From an uncultured Acidobacteriaceae bacterium (GTDB lineage: Bacteria > Acidobacteriota > Terriglobia > Terriglobales > Acidobacteriaceae), in NCBI GenBank assembly GCA_963755865.1, contig CAVWLY010000027.1, forward strand, positions 16,649 through 80,648: a DNA stretch of 64,000 bases, in the 5' to 3' direction. Below, piece after piece: positions 27,908 to 37,846 of the stretch (within the stretch, counting starts at the first letter, position 1; the number at the start of each line of letters is the position of its first letter). A program made the position numbers and the translations under genes. The notes beneath the pieces were generated by a model that did not search any database, was not told the DNA's origin, and was given only the letters and a program-made list of their open reading frames with translations.

Positions 27908-28195
27908 TCACTCCCGCCGCCGAAACCGCTCGATCCATGTCCAGAACCACAACACTGGCCAGGCCAGCACAAAAGCATTCATCAAAGCTGCGAGCACTAG
28001 ATATGTTTTCCCCCAGTTCGAGTTGATGCCGTCAGGAAAAACAATCGCTGCGGCCAGCATCCCCGGCGCTAACAGTACTCCGACGGCGGACCATCTCGGC
28101 AAACTGGCAATCGCACCCACGAGCACGGTCAGGGCAAGCGCAAACACGAATGACCATGCGTACTTGCGAAGATGTGGCTTCAATGTTTGGCGCAA
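27908..28195 (-). CDS. Small membrane protein (95 aa)
   Basis: Three predicted TM helices. It ends 22 nt upstream of the TPR gene start, so the two probably form an operon. Confidence 0.5.
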   Translation of the reverse strand: MRQTLKPHLRKYAWSFVFALALTVLVGAIASLPRWSAVGVLLAPGMLAAAIVFPDGINSNWGKTYLVLAALMNAFVLAWPVLWFWTWIERFRRRE

Positions 28196-28281
28196 CTCAT
28201 TGCGTGTCGCAGGTTTTCTTTCCGTTCGAGTCTGTCACACAGTTTGTCACCGTTACGGTCACTGTTGCCGGGTGCCCCACT

Positions 28282-28857
28282 CATTCGCGGGTTTCGAATG
28301 AGTGGGCGCGCGCAGTGGAACAACTGATCGTCAGCGGCCACTCCTGACAGTTTACCCTCACCAAACCCTCCCCGCCGCAAGCGTACGCCCGGAAACTGCT
28401 CCATTCCCAGTCTTCGGGTTTTTCCGCCAGACCTCGCTTCACCGGGTTCCGGTGCATCTACCACCCCAACGAGCGCAAAAGAGACGCTCGTCGGGGACCC
28501 CGGTTAGCGCAGCTTTTCAATCCGCTTCTTCGAAGTGCAGACATTGAAATCATAGAAGCGCTTCTGCCAGATCGGACCGCTGCGCATGCCGCCACGGTGA
28601 AGCAGCTTGGTGAATCGCTCCTTGATGACTTTCATCACGACGGAAGGATCGCCTACGTCCGGCTCGGTTATCAGAAGATGAAAATGCTCGGGCATGACGA
28701 CGTAGCCGATCACTACAAACCGATATTTCCGCCGGACCTGCTCCAAAACGCGCAGGAAGGGTGCTCGCCGGTTCCCAGCATGGGCCGCCGCTTGTAAGCT
28801 ACAAGTTATGAAATGGAGATCGTGCCCGCCGTACCAGCGTTCCAGACCCTTGGTCAC
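28282..28857 (-). pseudogene. REP-associated tyrosine transposase (IS200/IS605-like Y1 HUH), interrupted
   Basis: The N-terminal ORF has the HUH motif (VMPEHFHLLI). The C-terminal MHRNPVKRGLAEKPEDWEWSSFRAYA is in the same frame. The two parts are separated by a 48-nt block (28459-28506) that begins TAA and ends TAG. Confidence 0.7.
28465..28497. repeat. Hairpin element inside the transposase break
   Basis: CCCCAACGAGCG-caaaagaga-CGCTCGTCGGGG, with 11 of 12 stem pairs. Confidence 0.65.
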
Positions 28858-28936
28858 GCTACCGAGCTTAGTTACCGCTCAGGTGTGGGTCGGTGATGAA
28901 AGACACGGAGCCTCGTGATCGGGTGCCACGACTTCA

Positions 28937-29586
28937 TTACACTGTCTTTGAGGCTCGCCGCCCCGCCACCACAACCCGCATCCCACTCTGTGGGATGCGC
29001 ACCGGTTCTTCCCATTCCCAATTTTTTCCCAGCACAGCCTGCGCTGTCGGAACCTGACCGTCCCCGATGAGCAATCCCAGCCTGCCGCCTTCCGCAACCA
29101 ACTTTGCCGCTACCGGCAACGCGCTCTCGAATTGCTCAACAGCGCGCAGCGTCACCAGGTCGGCGGTTTTGTGCCACTGCTCGGCCCGGCCGGCGAACAC
29201 GTGCAAGCCCTCGACGCCGAGGGTCCCCGTACCACCTCCCTTAGGAAACGCAGCTTTCTTGTTGTGCGATTCAATCAGCGTCAGCTCGAGCGCGGGCGCG
29301 AACAGCTTCATTGGGATCCCCGGGAAAGCCGGCTCCCGATCCGACGTCCGCCAATGTCGCACATGCCGCCGCCGCCTCGCAGCAGAATCCGCGCCGCGAA
29401 CAGCGACTCGCCGAAGTGCCGGGTCACGATCGTCTCCGGATCGCGCACCGCCGTCAGATTCACCCGCGCGTTCCAGCGCAGCAACAGATCGAGGTAGCTG
29501 CTGCACCTGCCTCGAGCAGTGGCGGCGCCAGCGTCTCATCCGCCGGTAAACGGCGCCAGCAATTCGGCGATGCGTGCAATCTCCAT
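28937..29586 (-). pseudogene. rsmG: 16S rRNA (guanine527-N7)-methyltransferase RsmG (GidB), with multiple frame breaks
   Basis: Pieces are readable in different frames: MEIARIAELLAPFT / [11 protein letters not shown] / QVQQ / [32 protein letters not shown] / [34 protein letters not shown] / LREVVRG / TLGVEGLHVFAGRAEQW.... Confidence 0.75.
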
Positions 29587-29752
29587 GGCGCAACCTGCAG
29601 CATACGACACGAGACAACCCGGTGCGCCGCGCGATTCCAGAGCCTGCCAAGTTGCATTGTTTCGAAACTATTTAACTAACAAGAATTTCCGTGCGCTACA
29701 GCCGGGCAGCAACTGGCGCGGGCGCAGTCCTGCCGAGCAAGCGAAAAGCCTC

Positions 29753-30794
29753 TCAAAACCCCGCCAGATACTTTCGCTTCTTTTCTTCCGGCAAGAACGA
29801 CGCGCGAAACGAATTCTTCGCCAGCTCGCGCAGCTCATCGTCGCTGAAGCCGAAGACCTGCTGCGCAATCTGATATTCGCGCAACAGGTTGGTGTGGAAC
29901 ATGTCCGGATCGTCGGTATTCAGCGTGACCAGCACACCGGCATCGAACAATTTCCGCACCGGGTGTTGCTCGGCCGCTGGCGCAGCAGCCGGTCATCACA
30001 TTGCTGGTGATGCACACCTCCACTGGAATTTGCTTTTCGGCGAGATATCGCACTAGCTCCGGATCGTCAATCGCGTGCAGCCCATGCCCGATGCGGTCCG
30101 CCTTCAACTCACGCAGCGCGCCCCAGATGGATTCCGCCCCCACGGTTTCGCCGGCATGCACCGTCAATCGCAACCCGTGTTGCGCCGCGTGCTCATAGAC
30201 CTCGCGAAACTGCTCCGGTCCGGCGCGGCGCTCGTCTCCGCCAATTCCGATGCCGACGACGTTGTGCTCCTTCAAGCGAATTGCCTCGTCCACCACGCGG
30301 CGCGCCTCGTCCACGCCGAAGTGCCGGACCGCATCGAAGATCCAGAACAGCGACATTCCGAAGTCGCGCTCGCCGCGTTGCCGCCCGCGCTCTGCCCCTT
30401 CAAACAGCGGAGCAAATTCCTGCCCGCGCCACTGCACCACGCCCGCCGAGATGTAGACCTCGGCATGCAGAACATTCTGCGCATGCAGCTTCTGCATCAT
30501 GCGATAGGTGACCAGCTCGTAGTCTTCGGCGGTGCGCAAGCGCTCGGTGACCGCCTTGAACGCCCACAGAAAGCCGGTGAAGTGCTTGTATTCGTACAAC
30601 GCGCGCGCTTCTTCTTCGCTGAAGACGCGTCCGCTGTCCTCGATATTCCGATAGCGATTGTTGGTCGTCGGCAGAGGCGTGGGATGGCGGCGGCTCAACT
30701 CCGCCAGCGTCGGCGGATCGACCGTGCCTTCCAGGTGCAGATGGAGCTCGGCCTTGGGCAGACGCAGAATGAAGTCGTTGGAAGAATCTGCCAT
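29753..30794 (-). CDS. add: Adenosine deaminase, with one apparent frameshift near 29987
   Basis: LPKAELHLHLEGT, HAGE and CITSNVMTG are in the 319-aa ORF. The C-terminal HPVRKLFDAGVLVTLNTDDPDMFH is in the 29753-29959 ORF. One missing G restores the frame. Confidence 0.85.
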
Positions 30795-30796
30795 GC

Positions 30797-32351
30797 CTAC
30801 CGCTTAGCCGGGCTGAACTCGCTGCGATGGCGGCTGTACAGCATGTACACCGTCAATCCAATGATCAGCCACACGAAAAACCGCAGCCAGGTCAAGATCG
30901 GCAGGCCCGCCATCAGCAGCACGCAAAACACTACGCTGAGGATGGGCGCCGCTAGCCCGCCCGGCGCGCGGAATCCCCTGTGCCGCTCCGGCTGCTTGCG
31001 CCGCAGAATGATCACGCCAATCGACACCAGCACAAACGCGAACAGCGTCCCAATATTCGACAGGTCCGACAGCGTGCCAATGTCGAGAATCCCGCCGGGA
31101 ATGCCCACCAGAAATCCGGCAATCCACGTCGCCACCGCCGGCGTGCGAAATCGCGGATGCACCCGGCTGAACATCTTGGGCAGCAAGCCATCGCGCGACA
31201 TCGAGAACCACACCCGCGCCTGTCCCAACTGAAACACCAGCAGCGACGAGATCATGCCCATCATTGCGCCGAACAGGACCGCCAGCTCCGTCCAATGCAG
31301 CAGCGCCGACTTTGTGGTGCCCGCCAGCTTGCTCATGCTGTTCACCACGGGCGCGGCATCGTCAATCAGCGTATGCCACGGCACGATGCCGGTCAGTACC
31401 ACCGCAACCGCAATGTAGAGCACGGTGCAGACGATCAGCGTGGCAATAATTCCGATTGGCAGATCGCGCTGCGGATTGCGCGCCTCCTCGGCCGCGGTCG
31501 AGACCGAATCGAATCCGATATACGTAAAGAAGATGATGGATCCGCCGGTCAGCACGCCCGGCCAGCCCTGCGGAGCGAACGGGTGATAGTTGGCGGGATG
31601 AATGAATCGCATCCCGACGAACACGAACGCCAGGATGGCGGCGATCTTCAGCAGCACCATCACATTGTTGGTCTCGGCCGACTCGCGAATGCCGCGCACT
31701 AGCACAATCGTCAGCAACATCACGATCAGAAATGCCGGCACGTTGAAGCCAAAGTGCCAGCCCGGCGTGTACAGCACGTTGCCTTGCAGGTCGGTCAGAC
31801 CGCCCGGCAAGTACGCGGGCGTAATCCATCGCAAGAGCCGGATGCCAGCCGAACCAGCTGAAGGTTGCGACCATGTGCGCCGCAAAGCCAACGCTCACCG
31901 CCATGTTGCTGACCGCGTATTCCAGTATGAGGTCCCAGCCGATGATCCACGCGATCAACTCGCCCATGGTGGCGTAGGTGTAGGTGTAAGCGCTGCCGGC
32001 AATCGGGATCATCGAGGCCAACTCCGCGTAGCAGAGCCCGGTGAACGCACACACGATGGCCACCAGCACCAACGAAATTGCCAGCGCCGGTCCTGCTCCC
32101 GGGCGGCCCAGCGTCGCGGCGTGATGCACCAGGTAGTCGGCCACAGGTGCGTTCAGGATGGACGAGGTGTCAAACTTCTGCCCGGCAATTGCCGTGCCCA
32201 CCACGGTGAAGATGCCGGAGCCGATTACCGCGCCGATGCCGAGCCCGGTCAGCGACCACGGGCCTAGCGTCTTCCTAAGCCGATGTTCCGGCTCCTCCGA
32301 ATCGGAGATCAGCTTGTCGATGGACTTGCACGCGAAGAGTTGGTTCGCCAG
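30797..32351 (-). CDS. APC-superfamily amino acid permease, with an apparent frameshift near 31885
   Basis: LRKTLGPWSLTGLGIGAVIGSGIFTVVGTAIAGQ...SAYTYTYATMGELIAWIIGWDLILEY is followed in another frame by TPGWHFGFNVPAFLIVMLLTIVLVRGIRESA.... I find no ATG, GTG or TTG at the expected N-terminus (possible CTG at 32351). Confidence 0.85.
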
Positions 32352-32454
32352 GTAACGCTCCCGGGAGTGCTGGAATCAGTGCCTTCGAATTCAAACAGAA
32401 ACACGGGGCCAAGGGCAAGTGGAAGGCGATTCAGCTCGGGGACGAAAAAAACTG

Positions 32455-32735
32455 TTCACCACAGAGGCACAGAGAACACAGAGAATAGAAAAGAAGAGAA
32501 TTGTTCGTGCCTTCCGAGGCTCGGAACGCGATGGGAATAGCTGCGCTCTACGGAGTGAAAGTAAAAAACATTCTCCGTGCCTCTGTGTCTCTGTGGTGAA
32601 GAAGGAGCCGACACTTCCGAATCCAGGACGAAGTCCCTCAGCCGCACCCCTTAAAACCGTTTTGAAATTATTCTCTCTGTGTCTCTGTGCCTCTGTGGTA
32701 AGGAATTCTCCGTGTCCTCGTGCCTCCGTGGTGAA
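32455..32735. repeat. Cluster of four arms of the CACGGAG/CACAGAG heptad repeat: a 146-bp gene-less inverted pair plus two tandem solo arms
   Basis: 32455-32483 is TTCACCACAGAGGCACAGAGAACACAGAG and 32573-32600 is CTCCGTGCCTCTGTGTCTCTGTGGTGAA (inverted partner). Two further right-type arms lie at 32673-32701 and 32708-32735. They have the same termini as the GxxExxY cassette arms. Confidence 0.75.
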
Positions 32736-35034
32736 CGCGTTACTTCCGGCCCCAATGTCTCCTCAAAGTGGTTATCGATCATGTGGAACAAATGCGTCCG
32801 CGCCGCGAACCCGGCGATGCCGTGCGTCTTTCCCGGATACATCATCAGCTCAAACTGCTTGCCCGAGTTGATTAACCCATTGATCATTTGAATCGTGTTC
32901 TGCATGTGCACGTTGTCGTCGCTGGTGCCGTGCACCTCCAGCAGGTTGCCATGCAGGTTCGCCGCAAAGTTCACCGGCGAACTGTTCTTGTATCCTTCCG
33001 GATTGTCGATTGGCAGGCCCATGTAGCGTTCGGTATAGATCGAATCGTAATTGCGCCAATCGGTCACCGGCGCTACCGCGACTCCGGCTTTAAACATGTC
33101 GGTGTGCTCCATCGTATACAGGGTGAAGTATCCGCCATAGCTCCAGCCCCAAAATCCCAGCCGGCTCCATCCAGTTGCGGAAACTGTTGCAGTGCCTGCT
33201 TCAGCGCAGCCATCTGATCGTTGAATTCGTTCTCGCCGAAATTATGTTTGATAACCATGGCAAAGGCCTTTCCCCGTCCACCCATCCCGCGATTGTCCAC
33301 ATGCAACACAGCAAATCCCTGGCGGGCCAGCACCTGATCGAACAGATCTCCGCCTAGCCATGCATCGCGTATGGTCTGCGCTCCCGGGCCGCCATAGGGA
33401 TTGACGATCAGCGGCGCCTTACCGTTCGCCATCATCGGCCCGCCCTCCGGCAGCAGGATCACTCCCTGCAAAGTGGTTGTGCCATCGGCGGCCTTGAAGT
33501 CCACAAACTTCGGCGTTAGCAGGTTATAGGCTTCCACGCTGCGCGCCTTCCAGAACGCGTTACAAGCGCCGTCCACGGTGCACAACGAAACCGTTGGCGG
33601 CGTGGTCAGCGCCGAGTACGTATCCACGTAATACTTGGAATTCTTCGGATCGAAGTCCGCCGCGTGCGATCCATTTTCCTTCGAAACACGGTGGAAGTTC
33701 TGTCCGTCCAGCCCTACGGCGTACAGGTTCGTCTGTCGCCAATCGCCCTCATTGGCCGAGAAATAGACGACCCCCTGTTTCTCATCAACTCCGTCGATGC
33801 TCCTGACCTCCCAGTCGCCACGCGTAAGTTGCGCTACCATCTTGGCCGGGCCGCTCAGCGGCTTGTCTTTGTCGAACTGGTACAGATAAATATGGTTGTG
33901 CCCGTCGCGCCAACTCGTCCACAAATATCGATCGCCCGACGCCAAAATCTGAAAGTCCACCTCAGGATGCATGTCGATCCAGGCGTCGGTAGTCTCGTTC
34001 ATCATCAGCGCCCACTTGCCGTTGTTCGTATCCACAAAATACAAATCCATTTCATTTTGTAGGCGGTTGAGGACTATTGCCCACAACAAGCCTTCGCGCA
34101 CCCATCCGAAACGGGGGACCAGGCCATTCGGGTTGTTGGAAAGCGGAAGGTCGTTATTCTTGCCCGTTCCGGCGTCGATCCATTTGATCTTGCCCCCATT
34201 CGAATTCACCACGCCTAATTGCACGTTGGGATTGGGATCGCCCGGCTGCGGATACTTCTCCTGGTCCACGGTGGCATGCGTCGGCATCCAGTCGGTGATG
34301 GGATAGGTGGGTACGGCCTTCTCGTTCATTTGCAGAAATGCGATCTGCTTGCCCTCCGGAGACCAGAAGTAATTGCTGCGGGTGTACAGCTCCTCTTCGT
34401 ACACCCAATCGACTTCGCCATTCAGCAAATTGTCGTCCCCATCTTTGGTCAGGGTCTTTTCGTTCCCGCCCTCCACTGCACGCACATAGAGGTTGTGCTT
34501 GCGAACGTAGGAAATCCGGCCGCCATCCGGCGAGAACTTGGGATCGACGGTCCCCTCGGAGCTGGTCGTCATCTGCACCGCCGTGCCGCTGTCCAGGTTG
34601 TAAAGCCAAAGCTGACCCATCGAGTCGAACAGTAGCTTCTTCGAATCGGGCGACCATTGGTACGCGGCAATGGAATACCGCTGCGCCGCTTCCTTCTTGC
34701 GTTCGTCCTTGATGTTGCTGGTGGGCGGCGCGAGAGCGGCCAGCTTCTCGCTCGCCACCAGTACCGCGGGCTTGCCCGTGGTCACGTCAACGTAGTAGAG
34801 CGCGCCGTGGTCGCCGCTGTCATCCCGTTGCACGAAGGAAACCTTGGAGCCATCCGGGCTCCACTTCACGTCCTCCGGGCCGCGGCCCAGTATGCCGCCA
34901 GGCTGGAAGATGTCTTCAATCGCCAGCTCTTTTTTCGCGGATGACTCTTGCGAGGATGGCGACGGGGTAGATTGCGCAATCAAGAATGAAGTGGACAACA
35001 CACAGCAAAGCAATGCAGCGAACCGTGATTTCAC
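32651..35034 (-). CDS. Dipeptidyl-peptidase IV / S9 family serine peptidase, with one apparent frameshift near 33175
   Basis: Signal peptide and a DPP4-type beta-propeller N-domain. The catalytic GWSYGG is readable only after a 1-nt correction (SRLGFWGWSYGGYFTLYTMEHTD). The C-terminal HGTSDDNVH follows. The last roughly 25 codons run into the heptad repeats. Confidence 0.85.
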
Positions 35035-35154
35035 GTTAGCTCCGACCAGAAAAATGTGTAGCGGGAAAGTTTATATCAGGACAGCGGGTTTATGTGGCAC
35101 GACTGAAATTCGGGCGGTGGACTACTTTGAACCGTCAGCACCTTCCCTGATCGT

Positions 35155-35298
35155 CGAGATAATGCGGCAGCGTCCGCGTTGAATTATTTTGATTACAACT
35201 TCATCAAGCGACACCGTACACTGCGGACGACCCCAGCAATGACCGCTGGTGTCACAGATCGGCTGTGGTATGTGGCAGAACTTGTTGCCCTTTGGTAG
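35155..35298 (+). pseudogene. C-terminal relic of a DDE transposase (IS1/IS1595-like tail)
   Basis: My own translation gives RDNAAASALNYFDYNFIKRHRTLRTTPAMTAGVTDRLWYVAELVALW*. The ...NHAAA.AL.F..YNF.R.H..LR.TPAM.AG..D..W pattern is the usual tail of these transposases. No upstream body is present. Confidence 0.4.
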
Positions 35299-35863
35299 CA
35301 GTACGAGCGGAGGACGGGAAGAGCAGCATGAATAACGCGATGCACCTAACCCTCGGCGCAATATTGGTTTGCTCGGCTGTTTTTGCCCCTCCCATTCGTC
35401 TCAAGTCCCCATGGAAATTGTATTGGCGAACGCTTGTTGGCTTTGTGGGGGTAGCACTCATGTGTTCCACCCTCTACGACATCCTGAAATCAAAGTAGCC
35501 CACTACCGAAATTGGGCGCCTTGAAAGCTTCATGCCGATCACGGCGTTGCTCCCCGCGACGCGACCGTTCAGGGAAAACTCGATTAGCGTGCGCGATTGG
35601 TGTCAGGGCACGACTTCAGTCGTGCCGAGAAGTCGTTCTATTTTTGTCATCACGAACCGACTTTAGTCGGTGAGGGACCGGCCTTTGCGAGTTTTTCAGC
35701 CGTAGTCTCTTTAGTCGCCTTAGGATTGTTTTTTCGCCCCTGCAAGCTCGATGGGAGCGCACGACTAAGCCCGGAGGGCGACACAATCGTAGGCCCAGTG
35801 CGTAAGCACTGGCTAGGCTCCCAAATAGAACCCCGAACCCCGTAGAGGCGGCACTCTAACGCC

Positions 35864-36094
35864 TCAGCGTCCCATCTGATAGATCCGCAACCATTCCACA
35901 AGCACCACGAAGATTCCGATGCCAAAATATAGGTTGCGTGCCGCTTGCGTTGTTAGCGCTGCCGGCAGAGGCATACCGCGGCTGCGCAAGCTCAACACTA
36001 GCGAACGCTCGTGCTTCATAACGAAGTCGGCAATCCGCCTATGGAAGGCGATGATCAGCAATCCCAGACAAAGTCGCGCAATTTCAATGGCCAT
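35864..36094 (-). CDS. Small membrane protein (hypothetical)
   Basis: Two predicted TM helices (IARLCLGLLIIAF, NLYFGIGIFVVLVEWL). The start is uncertain. Confidence 0.4.
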   Translation of the reverse strand: MAIEIARLCLGLLIIAFHRRIADFVMKHERSLVLSLRSRGMPLPAALTTQAARNLYFGIGIFVVLVEWLRIYQMGR

Positions 36095-36220
36095 GTCCGA
36101 TGCTAGGCGCGTCTGCGGCATTCTCTCAATAGGCCAAAAACCTTAATCCTCCAGCCTATCCGCCCGCCAAAGACTTGGTTTCTGCGTGCTAGAATCCCAG
36201 CAGGTTCCCCTGGGGTCCAA

Positions 36221-37036
36221 ATGAATTCCGATCTGCAGAAGTTGATCGACTTGCAAGAGGTCGATGCCCGAATTGCCACGCTCCAGGCTGAGATCGCGGC
36301 GCTTCCCAAACAAGTCGCACAGATCGAGGCCAAACTCGCCGGCTCCAAAGCCCAACTCGAGGCTGCCCAGGCCGCCATCAAGGCCGACGAGGTCACCCGC
36401 CGCAAGCATGAGTCCGACATCAAGGACCAGCAGGAGAAGATAAGCAGGTACCGCGACCAGTCGCTCAAGGTCAAAACCAACGACGAGTACCGGGCGCTGA
36501 ACCACGAAATCCAGTTTGCCGACGCGGAGATCCGCAAGCTGGAAGACAAGATTCTGGAAATCATGGTGGCCACCGACGCCCGCAAGGAGGCGATCAAGCA
36601 GGCCGAAGCCGCGCTGAAGGCCGATACTGCCGCTAATGAAAAAGAAAAAGAGCACGCCCGAGCGCAAACTGCCGAGGACGAAAAGCAGCTTGCCGAGCTA
36701 AACGCCACCCGTAAGCAACTGCGTTCCGGAGTCAACGAAGAAACGCTCACCCATTACGACCGCGTGCTGAAGCTGCGCGGCTCGGTGATGGCGGCGGTCC
36801 ATGAAGATGAGAGTTGCTCGGCTTGCCGGGTGCGGCTGCGTCCGCAGGTCTTCCAGGAAGTCACGACCAACGAGCAAATCGTCACTTGCTTCTACTGCAA
36901 TCGGATTCTGTACTACGTCCCCCCGCCGCCGCCCGAACCGGAAGGCGAGCCCGAGCCCAAGAAGCGCAAGTCCAAAGCCGTGAGCGAAGCTCCGCAGGAA
37001 GGGCCCTCATCCACCGACGAGGCCGCGGCGCAGTAG
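36221..37036 (+). CDS. Coiled-coil zinc-ribbon protein (COG1579/DUF164-like)
   Basis: Long coiled coil (LIDLQEVDARIATLQAEIAALPK...), then a CSACRVRL...CFYCNRILY C4 ribbon and a Pro/Glu-rich tail. Confidence 0.8.
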   Translation: MNSDLQKLIDLQEVDARIATLQAEIAALPKQVAQIEAKLAGSKAQLEAAQAAIKADEVTRRKHESDIKDQQEKISRYRDQSLKVKTNDEYRALNHEIQFADAEIRKLEDKILEIMVATDARKEAIKQAEAALKADTAANEKEKEHARAQTAEDEKQLAELNATRKQLRSGVNEETLTHYDRVLKLRGSVMAAVHEDESCSACRVRLRPQVFQEVTTNEQIVTCFYCNRILYYVPPPPPEPEGEPEPKKRKSKAVSEAPQEGPSSTDEAAAQ

Positions 37037-37098
37037 CTCTGCAAACGCCCCGAATTCGATACTCCCCATCGGTCAACAGACGATGTATACTATACATC

Positions 37099-37275
37099 GT
37101 GAAGCGCACGCAGTTATATCTCGACGATGATTTGTGGCGCTCCCTACACGCCCGCGCAAGCCGCGAGGGGACAACAATCTCCGACTTGGTCCGGCGAGCT
37201 GCTCGAGAACGGTATCTCAGCAATCTGGACGAACGCAGAGATGCGATGCAGGCCTTCGTGGGAATTAGAAGGTAA
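37099..37275 (+). CDS. Ribbon-helix-helix antitoxin (VapB/CopG-like)
   Basis: GTG start. VKRTQLYLDDDLWRSLHARASREGTTISDLVRRAARERYL is a typical RHH. A 21-nt perfect palindrome abuts the start codon. Confidence 0.7.
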   Translation: MKRTQLYLDDDLWRSLHARASREGTTISDLVRRAARERYLSNLDERRDAMQAFVGIRR

Positions 37276-37352
37276 CGTTCCGAATTCTCCAATCCTGTTG
37301 AGTACGTGCGTCGGTTGCGCCGTGGCAGCCGACTTGAGAGACTTGCCAAATC

Positions 37353-37748
37353 GTGACGGTACTAGTGGATTCCGATGTCCTGATCGAGGTTTCTCGCGGC
37401 AAGAACGAGGATATTCTGTCGAGATGGATAGCGTTAAGTCAGTCCGACAGTCCTATCCTCTATTCGCCAGTAACTGCCGCCGAACTCTGGGCAGGTGCGC
37501 GTCCACAAGAACATGACGCGCTGACCGACCTCTTTCGAACACTCCTTTGCGCTCCTATCGACAGGGAAACCGGCCAGCAGCCCGGTGATTATCTCCGGCA
37601 ATATCACAAGAGTCATACCCTCGAACTGGCCGATGCACTCATAGCAGCCGCAGCCATGCTGAACCATGCCGAACTGTGGACGCGCAATCGAAAACATTAC
37701 CCCATGAAGCAACTGTCGTTCTATCAGGCTGATACACCGCATAGCTAA
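37353..37748 (+). CDS. vapC: PIN-domain toxin VapC
   Basis: VLVDSDVLIE..., ...ELADALIAAAA..., RNRKHY; PIN acidic residues are present. Confidence 0.85.
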   Translation: MTVLVDSDVLIEVSRGKNEDILSRWIALSQSDSPILYSPVTAAELWAGARPQEHDALTDLFRTLLCAPIDRETGQQPGDYLRQYHKSHTLELADALIAAAAMLNHAELWTRNRKHYPMKQLSFYQADTPHS

Positions 37749-37846
37749 GTTACCGAAAGCAACCTGCGATGCGCCATCCTCCCGCGTAAGATAGTCGTTT
37801 GACTTCCTAGCGAGGACGCCCTGGCTGATTCCATCCCATCATTACG

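Noticed and set aside
28276-28306. Perfect 12-bp-stem hairpin CCCACTCATTCG-cgggttt-CGAATGAGTGGG at the 3' end of the transposase relic, considered as the cognate REP of the RAYT.
   Set aside because: There is only one copy in this window and it overlaps the predicted C-terminal codons. Without genome-wide copies flanking the gene in inverted pairs, the REP/RAYT link cannot be supported here.
36103-36750. Two overlapping minus-strand ORFs (215 and 174 aa) opposite the coiled-coil zinc-ribbon gene.
   Set aside because: They are low-complexity Ser/Ala/Leu strings mirroring the Ala/Glu/Lys-rich coiled coil on the plus strand. The plus-strand gene has the C4 ribbon and a sensible start.
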